A stretch of 64,000 nt of DNA from an uncultured Lachnospiraceae bacterium (GTDB lineage: Bacteria; Bacillota; Clostridia; Lachnospirales; Lachnospiraceae). The notes under the pieces were generated by a model. That model had not been told where the DNA came from. It was given only the letters and a program-made list of their open reading frames with translations, and did not search any database. How positions within the stretch are numbered: the stretch's first letter is position 1; each line of letters opens with the position of its first letter. This document shows, piece after piece, positions 58,181 to 64,000 of the stretch. The DNA is taken from NCBI GenBank assembly GCA_900320485.1, contig ONSO01000002.1, positions 1,187 to 65,186 on the forward strand, given 5' to 3'. Made by a program: the position numbers and the translations under genes.

Positions 58181-58817
58181 CTGACATTCTTAACAAGCGC
58201 GTACAACCAGATGCCACGTTACTGTCATGCGTGGCAATTACAATGGTTTTCCCGTGCTTATTCTCTTTACGCAGAATATCCATGATCTCTGTTGTTGTTT
58301 TGCTGTCAACCGCACCCGTAGGTTCATCGCAGAGCATAAGTCGGCAGTCCGTCATTAGGGCCCGGCCTATAGCGCAACGCTGTTGCTGACCTCCCGATAA
58401 TTTCTGGGGAAATTTATTCGCATATTCCGCAATACCCAATTGCTCCAGACAATCCATAATCTTTTTGCGATAATTCTTTTGATTTCTTGCCAAAAGAGGA
58501 ATTTCCATATTTTCGTATATCGTATAACGATTCAACAAAGCAAAATTCTGATACACAAAGCCAATATTCTTCTTTCGAAAACCGTGAAGTCCCATGGCGC
58601 GATATGAGGATACTTCTTCATCCTCAAAAAAATACTTTCCCGAATCAGGTCGATCCATTCCTCCCAAAATATTAAGAAGCGTACTTTTTCCACACCCACT
58701 TGTACCTAATACCGCTACCATTTCTCCGGCAGCAATCTCTAACGACAAACCGTCGAGAGCAATCGTGTCTTTCGAATCATCTGTATATTTCTTGGTTATT
58801 TCTTCTAATCTGATCAT
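58161..58817 (-). CDS. LolD/MacB-type ABC ATP-binding protein
   Basis: GTSGCGKS, IGFVYQ.F.LL, LSGGQQQR, DEPTGAVD, THD. Confidence 0.93.
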   Translation of the reverse strand: MIRLEEITKKYTDDSKDTIALDGLSLEIAAGEMVAVLGTSGCGKSTLLNILGGMDRPDSGKYFFEDEEVSSYRAMGLHGFRKKNIGFVYQNFALLNRYTIYENMEIPLLARNQKNYRKKIMDCLEQLGIAEYANKFPQKLSGGQQQRCAIGRALMTDCRLMLCDEPTGAVDSKTTTEIMDILRKENKHGKTIVIATHDSNVASGCTRLLRMSDGRILN

Positions 58818-58824
58818 TCGGTTC

Positions 58825-60156
58825 TTAACCTCTCGTATCTTTCAACAGTTCATAAGGTTCTTTTCCCCCCATGATCAACATTGGAATGACAGTACATATA
58901 ATAAAAAGTACTAATCCCATGAAAATCATGAATGGGAGAGCTGTCTGATTTCTCCAAAAAGCCACTAGCTCACCATTTTCGTAGGTGTAGCATGCTTTGA
59001 TCATTTTTTCGGCAACCCCGGCAGAACCTGTGCTTTCGGTTCCTGCAAATATCGGAATGTCGTAAAAGTTTTCCAAATATTTATTTAATGCAAACCACGC
59101 TCCGAGCAAAGGAAGCATTACCCTGATTACATTTTGGCAGATATGGATTCCTAAAAGATCTTTCAAGGAAAAACCATTCGCATAATAAATCCCGTATTGC
59201 TTTCGATTACCAATCATTTCCATACATATGATGCACGCACAAAGCAAAACACAAGTAACAATAATCAATCTGCTCAGATCCCTGTCTACTCTTTGCACAT
59301 CGTTTTCTTCAATCTCTTCTGCCCTAAAACCATTGCTCAAATACCCGCTTTCCAGATCTACGCACAACTCTTTTGCTTTGTTTTCTAAATAATCCCTGGC
59401 TTCTTTTAACGTATGACCGTTAGCAGCGGCATAAGCTCCATTGCAATATGTTCCAACCCATGCGGGGGGGTGCCCCACGTAAACCATGATAATGGCATCA
59501 TCCAATATGCATAACGAAGTCAACTCATCTGCGCGTCCAAACGCACAAACGTCACTTGACATCATCATCTGTCCTTTTTTAATAATTCCCAACACTTCAA
59601 ATTCCGCTGATTCATCATATCGATCCATGACATATGTTGTACCAACCGGTATTCCTTTGTAATTGGCCCCTAAGTATATTCCATACCAATTCGTCTTGTT
59701 CCAATTCACGTCAAGGCTGTCGATTCTCTGTGAAAACTTGATATTATGAAGTCCAAGCACATTCTTTTCAACATAAATCCATGGTGTCGCATCTGCTGCA
59801 AAACCATTGTTTGATCTTCTCATCTCTAAAAAAACATCCGGGAGCGGAAATGCATTGATAGCGTATTCCCATACTCCTATGAATTCGAAAATACCGCTAT
59901 CATATGCATTTTTGATCAGTTCTGTCTCGCTATTACCATCCGCCGAACCAAAAACCTGCATCACTCCGGTTCCATTCACTCCCTTTGTAAGTATCTTGTC
60001 GCATTCATTTCTATTCAGTTTGGAAATATTAGAAAACAAAGAGAAATAACCCATGATTGTCAGCCCCACTCCGATGATGATCATAGAGAGAAAAAAACGG
60101 GTCTTTTGACACATGATATCCATAACAGCAACCAGAATGACGTTCTTTTTGTTCAT
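58825..60156 (-). CDS. FtsX/MacB-like ABC permease (diverged)
   Basis: N-terminal TM, large loop, RKQYGIYYANG, C-terminal TMs. Confidence 0.75.
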   Translation of the reverse strand: MNKKNVILVAVMDIMCQKTRFFLSMIIIGVGLTIMGYFSLFSNISKLNRNECDKILTKGVNGTGVMQVFGSADGNSETELIKNAYDSGIFEFIGVWEYAINAFPLPDVFLEMRRSNNGFAADATPWIYVEKNVLGLHNIKFSQRIDSLDVNWNKTNWYGIYLGANYKGIPVGTTYVMDRYDESAEFEVLGIIKKGQMMMSSDVCAFGRADELTSLCILDDAIIMVYVGHPPAWVGTYCNGAYAAANGHTLKEARDYLENKAKELCVDLESGYLSNGFRAEEIEENDVQRVDRDLSRLIIVTCVLLCACIICMEMIGNRKQYGIYYANGFSLKDLLGIHICQNVIRVMLPLLGAWFALNKYLENFYDIPIFAGTESTGSAGVAEKMIKACYTYENGELVAFWRNQTALPFMIFMGLVLFIICTVIPMLIMGGKEPYELLKDTRG

Positions 60157-60198
60157 AAAACTCCTTTAGGGCATGCTTATTATCAGTTTTTTGATTCT

Positions 60199-60558
60199 TT
60201 ATTGACTTACCGATGCATCTACGGCTCCCGCAGAGCATTTCGCATATGTATGTACGCTCTTTTTTTGGGCGCCCCCGTGTGTAAGCGGATTAGAATTCCC
60301 AATCATATAATCCTTCTTATTTACCTTCTTAGATCCATTGACCGCAATATAAGCTTCTAAAAGCTTAATTGCCGTCCCGCTCGTATAGGAATGTATAATT
60401 GTCCCGGAATGACATTGACTGTCATTGTAAGCCGTAGCAGTAAGAACCTGTGACCCTGTTGTAATCATGGAATCACTTTGACCAATTGCTTTTGCTCCTA
60501 CGCCCAAACACAAGAACACAGTTAAAACAATACCGAAAAATCCATACACTTTTTTCAT
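60199..60558 (-). CDS. Small Sec-secreted protein, 119 aa
   Basis: RBS GGGGGA; MKK plus hydrophobic signal ending A-K-A; mature part ~95 aa with 2 Cys. Confidence 0.75.
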   Translation of the reverse strand: MKKVYGFFGIVLTVFLCLGVGAKAIGQSDSMITTGSQVLTATAYNDSQCHSGTIIHSYTSGTAIKLLEAYIAVNGSKKVNKKDYMIGNSNPLTHGGAQKKSVHTYAKCSAGAVDASVSQ

Positions 60559-60760
60559 TTGATTTCCCCCTTGCATTAAAGTTATAACGATGAATGCGAC
60601 GCATTTATTATATATTATTATGAACATTTTTCCAACCTTTTATTTCTTTTTTCTTCCAAAAAGTGCACTCTTACGATAAGCTATTGGGGCTCAACTTGTC
60701 AGGCGACCTTCCCCATACATAACCTCACGTGAAATCCCCGTTCGTCAGGCGCACCACCAC

Positions 60761-60799
60761 TAAAAAACCGCCCCGGAATTGTCCACGGCGGTTTTTTAG
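60761..60799. terminator. Intrinsic terminator after the second pgm
   Basis: TAAAAAACCGCC...GGCGGTTTTTTA. Confidence 0.8.
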
Positions 60800-60821
60800 T
60801 ATAAGTAATCTACAGTATTGT

Positions 60822-62504
60822 TTACGCCAAGATTCCCTTGGCTGCCTGCGCCAAAATATCTTTCCTGGCCTGTGCCTCGGCAAGATCCTTGCCCTTCGTA
60901 GTATAGTAAATCTTGATCTTGGGCTCCGTGCCGGAAGGACGGACAATGACGGTAGAACCATCTGCCAGACCATAGATCAGCACGTTGGCCTTGGGCAGCC
61001 CGGTCTCTTCGGGCTTTGCGTAGTCCGTCACCTTTGTAACGGCAATGCCTGCAAAATCCTTTGGTGCGTTCTCACGAAGGCCCTTCATGATGGAAGCCAT
61101 CTTATCCATGCCTGAAAGTCCGGGGAATTCAAAGGAATCCACCTTGTTTAAGTACCTTCCGTACTGTGCGTAAATCTCCTCAAGCCTCTGCTTGATGGAG
61201 GAGCCGATGCTTCTGTAATATGCCGCCATCTCACAAATCAGCATGGAAGCGATCACGGCATCCTTATCGCGCACGTAAGGACCTGCAAGATAACCATAAC
61301 TCTCCTCAAAGCCAAAGATGAAACGGTCTACCTCACCTGCTGCCTCCAGCCGCGCGATCTGATCTCCGATCCACTTAAAGCCAGTCAGCACGTGGCGAAG
61401 CTCCACGCCGTAATGCTCTGCCACCGCATCCGCCAAAGGCGTGGAAACAAGGCTCATGACCGCCACGGGCTTTGCAGGCATGGTTCCCTTTTCGATGCGT
61501 CCGGCGCAGATATAATCCAAAAGGAGTACGCCCATCTCATTTCCGGAAACCAACTCATAGCTTCCGTCAGGGCACTTCATGGCAATGCCCACGCGATCTG
61601 CATCAGGGTCAGTTGCCAGCATCAGGTCAGCCCCTTCCTTCTTAGCCAGCTCAAGGCCATACTTCAGGGCCTCAAAGATCTCAGGGTTTGGATAAGGACA
61701 GGTGGTAAAATAACCGCTGGGATATTCCTGCTCGGGAACAATGGTCACGTCCATGATGCCCATGTCATGCAGGATCCTCGTCACAGGAACAAGGCCGGTG
61801 CCGTTTAAGGGCGAATAAACCAGCTTCAGGCCGGAGGTCTTTGCCAGGCCGGGACGAACCTGTCTCTCTTCGATGGCCTTATAGAAAGCCTCCTTGCAGT
61901 CATCTCCCACAAAGCGGATGAGTCCCTTTTCCACGCCCTCTGCAAAGGACATTCTCTTTGCACCGGTGAGTACGTCGAGCTTTTGGATCTCATCATAAAC
62001 GATGGCAGCCGCGTCGTCCGTCATCTGACAGCCGTCGGGGCCGTATGCCTTATATCCGTTGTACTTGGAAGGATTATGGGATGCCGTCACCATAACGCCG
62101 GCATTGCACTGATAATATCTCGTTGCAAAGGAAAGCGCCGGAACGGGCATCAGCGCGTCATAAATGCGGACCTTAATGCCATTTGCGGCAAGAACGCCTG
62201 CTGCCTCTTTTGCAAACACGTCGCTCTTTAAGCGGCTGTCATAGGAAATGGCAACGGTCTGGTTGCCTCCCTGGGTCAGCACCCAGTTTGCGAGGCCCTG
62301 CGTTGCCTGACGTACCACCCATACGTTCATGCGGTTTGTACCTGCGCCCAGCGTTCCGCGAAGACCCGCCGTGCCAAACTGCAGTGACACTGCAAAGCGG
62401 TCCTTGATCTCCTCCTCATTGTCCTTCACCTTAAGAAGCTCCGGCAAAAGATCCGGATCCTCTAAGTTAAATGCTACCCAACGGTCATACTCTTGTTTAT
62501 ACAT
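60822..62504 (-). CDS. pgm: Phospho-sugar mutase (second PGM/PMM paralogue)
   Basis: FGTAGLRG, TASHNP, TDPDADR, FEESYG, RPSGTEPK. Confidence 0.94.
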   Translation of the reverse strand: MYKQEYDRWVAFNLEDPDLLPELLKVKDNEEEIKDRFAVSLQFGTAGLRGTLGAGTNRMNVWVVRQATQGLANWVLTQGGNQTVAISYDSRLKSDVFAKEAAGVLAANGIKVRIYDALMPVPALSFATRYYQCNAGVMVTASHNPSKYNGYKAYGPDGCQMTDDAAAIVYDEIQKLDVLTGAKRMSFAEGVEKGLIRFVGDDCKEAFYKAIEERQVRPGLAKTSGLKLVYSPLNGTGLVPVTRILHDMGIMDVTIVPEQEYPSGYFTTCPYPNPEIFEALKYGLELAKKEGADLMLATDPDADRVGIAMKCPDGSYELVSGNEMGVLLLDYICAGRIEKGTMPAKPVAVMSLVSTPLADAVAEHYGVELRHVLTGFKWIGDQIARLEAAGEVDRFIFGFEESYGYLAGPYVRDKDAVIASMLICEMAAYYRSIGSSIKQRLEEIYAQYGRYLNKVDSFEFPGLSGMDKMASIMKGLRENAPKDFAGIAVTKVTDYAKPEETGLPKANVLIYGLADGSTVIVRPSGTEPKIKIYYTTKGKDLAEAQARKDILAQAAKGILA

Positions 62505-62585
62505 ATCCCATCCTCCTTTAAGCTACCGTCATCCCACAGGGGATGCAACTCACAAAACCCGCAGACTCCATGACGGAATCCCTAA

Positions 62586-62722
62586 AACTGCGTGCCCTGC
62601 TTGCAACTGCGTGCCCTTCGGCACGTCCCTCATTTCATTCGGGATTGCAAGCAAAGCTTGCAACTGCGTGCCCTTCGGCACGTCCCTCATTTCATTCGGG
62701 ATTGCAAGCAAAGCTTGCAACT
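62586..62722. repeat. Tandem 57-bp structured repeat (2 full copies plus partial)
   Basis: ACTGCGTGCCCTTCGGCACGTCCCTCATTTCATTCGGGATTGCAAGCAAAGCTTGCA x2. Confidence 0.9.
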
Positions 62723-62779
62723 ATCTTATCACGTTTGCCGCGTTGCCGCAAGCACCAGCTTGCACGATGCCGGCCTCCT

Positions 62780-64000
62780 TTACATGCTTTTATAATATCT
62801 TTCCAGCTTCGGCCGGGCATTCTCGTAAACACTCTTTAGTCTCGGATCAAACTGTGTCCCCATGCCCTCCATGATGATGGCATCGGCCTTGGCAAAGTCA
62901 AAGGCCTCCTTGTAGACGCGCTTGCTCACCAGGGCATCGTAGACGTCAGCCACCGCCATGATCCTTGCCTCGACGGGGATCTCTTCCTCTTTCAGTCCCA
63001 TCGGATAACCGGAGCCGTCCCATCGCTCATGATGATAGTGCGCCACGTTCTCCGCGATGACCTTAAAGGATTCATCGTCCGTGTGCTCCAGGATCTCATG
63101 GATGACCTTTGCGCCCTCCTCTGCGTGCTTTTTCATTTTTTCATATTCTTCCGGCGTAAACCTGCCCGGCTTTCGGAGGACTGCATCGTCTACGGCGATC
63201 TTTCCAAGGTCATGCATGGGTGCCGCCTTGATCACGTCCTTACAAAACTCCGGCGTAAGGGAGAACGTCCCTTCCCTCTTGATCTCATCCACCAGGATCC
63301 GGACGCCCTCGCTGGTTCTCTTAATGTGACCGCCGGTGGAATTGTCCCGGCTTTCCACCATCATCGCAAGACTCATGATCAGATTATCATGCATCTCGAT
63401 AATGTGCTGCGTCTTCTTTTCCACCTCGCGTTTTAGGTTCTCGTTATATGAGTCCAGGAGGTTTATGTACTTACGGTTCTGGGTGTCATCCGTGAAGGTT
63501 ACAAGATACCCGCGCCTTTTTGTACCGTCGCTTAAAAAGCTTACGTTCACGTTGTAATACTTATCGTCCTCTTCCTTTTCATTCTTCAGGACGTACATGA
63601 AAAGATCGTCATCCTGATTCCTGCTAAAGCCGTCCATGAAATGACGAAGCCGTCTCTCTCCGGGCCGATACCCGAGAATCTCGTCCACGGCCAGCTGCGT
63701 CAGCTCCGGAATGATGCTCTTTGCCGTCTCATTGCTTCCCAGATACTTATACTTAAAGTCAAAGGAAACATAACCGATGGCCCTCTCCCGGATCATGGAA
63801 TCGATGGCCGTGTCGCTGACGTTATAAAGGTTCAGCCGGTAAGCGATCACAAGATAGATAAACTGTGCAATGACGTACCCAAGAGGGATCAGGTCCACCT
63901 TGTTGGTGATCTTGCTGCCCATGAAATATAAGAGGATCACGATCACGTCCGGGATCAGCATCAGGTGAATAATGGTCCTTGGTACCTGACGGCGTTTGAT
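62780..64000 (-). CDS. Membrane-linked HD-GYP phosphodiesterase with PAS-like region, 5' end outside the window
   Basis: ESRD.STGGH, HDLGK, HHERWDGSGYP, ADVYDAL; frame open to the window edge. Confidence 0.92.
   Translation of the reverse strand: MKRRQVPRTIIHLMLIPDVIVILLYFMGSKITNKVDLIPLGYVIAQFIYLVIAYRLNLYNVSDTAIDSMIRERAIGYVSFDFKYKYLGSNETAKSIIPELTQLAVDEILGYRPGERRLRHFMDGFSRNQDDDLFMYVLKNEKEEDDKYYNVNVSFLSDGTKRRGYLVTFTDDTQNRKYINLLDSYNENLKREVEKKTQHIIEMHDNLIMSLAMMVESRDNSTGGHIKRTSEGVRILVDEIKREGTFSLTPEFCKDVIKAAPMHDLGKIAVDDAVLRKPGRFTPEEYEKMKKHAEEGAKVIHEILEHTDDESFKVIAENVAHYHHERWDGSGYPMGLKEEEIPVEARIMAVADVYDALVSKRVYKEAFDFAKADAIIMEGMGTQFDPRLKSVYENARPKLERYYKSM

Larger units (their letters stand above)
54763..60700. 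mobile_element. AT-rich island, probably horizontally acquired; no mobility gene seen
   Basis: Visibly lower GC and different codon usage than the flanks (by eye); boundaries approximate. Confidence 0.55.

Noticed and set aside
52852-62504. The two pgm genes as att-site duplication or assembly duplicate
   Set aside because: The proteins differ throughout and no direct repeats were seen at the island edges.

Overview
64 kb of chromosome from a Clostridia-type gut or rumen bacterium (Lachnospiraceae-like by gene content and style; inference), moderately GC-rich and almost all coded on the minus strand. Contents in order: 3' end of an M13 peptidase; adenosine deaminase; a ~14.5 kb sulfur-amino-acid cluster in two transcription units (M20 hydrolase, SsuA-type ABC, two CysK paralogues, GNAT-cystathionine gamma-synthase fusion, PatB, LysR; then a GST/YqjG-like enzyme and a polar amino-acid ABC); feoAAB/DtxR/copA; CDF exporter; degenerate GGDEF; tcdA; Ser/Thr kinase; truncated dinB; AraC/GH31; orphan DNA methyltransferase; TetR/MMPL/1642-aa surface protein; CUT1 ABC; two GT2 genes; two phosphoglucomutase paralogues flanking an AT-rich island (small secreted protein, ABC exporter, large lipoprotein); partial HD-GYP gene. 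Main observation: each sulfur unit is preceded by an unannotated Cys/Met leader-peptide ORF (41 aa with MCC; 28 aa with CCCLC and 8 Met) that has its own promoter and RBS and is followed by an intrinsic terminator. This points to ribosome-mediated attenuation rather than the T-box or S-box control usual in Bacillota. Also notable: a structured intergenic repeat family with compensatory changes, a RelE-like fragment spliced into the MMPL gene, and a deletion junction in dinB. No rRNA, tRNA, CRISPR array, integrase or transposase was recognised. All family calls are from motif recognition by eye, without database searches.
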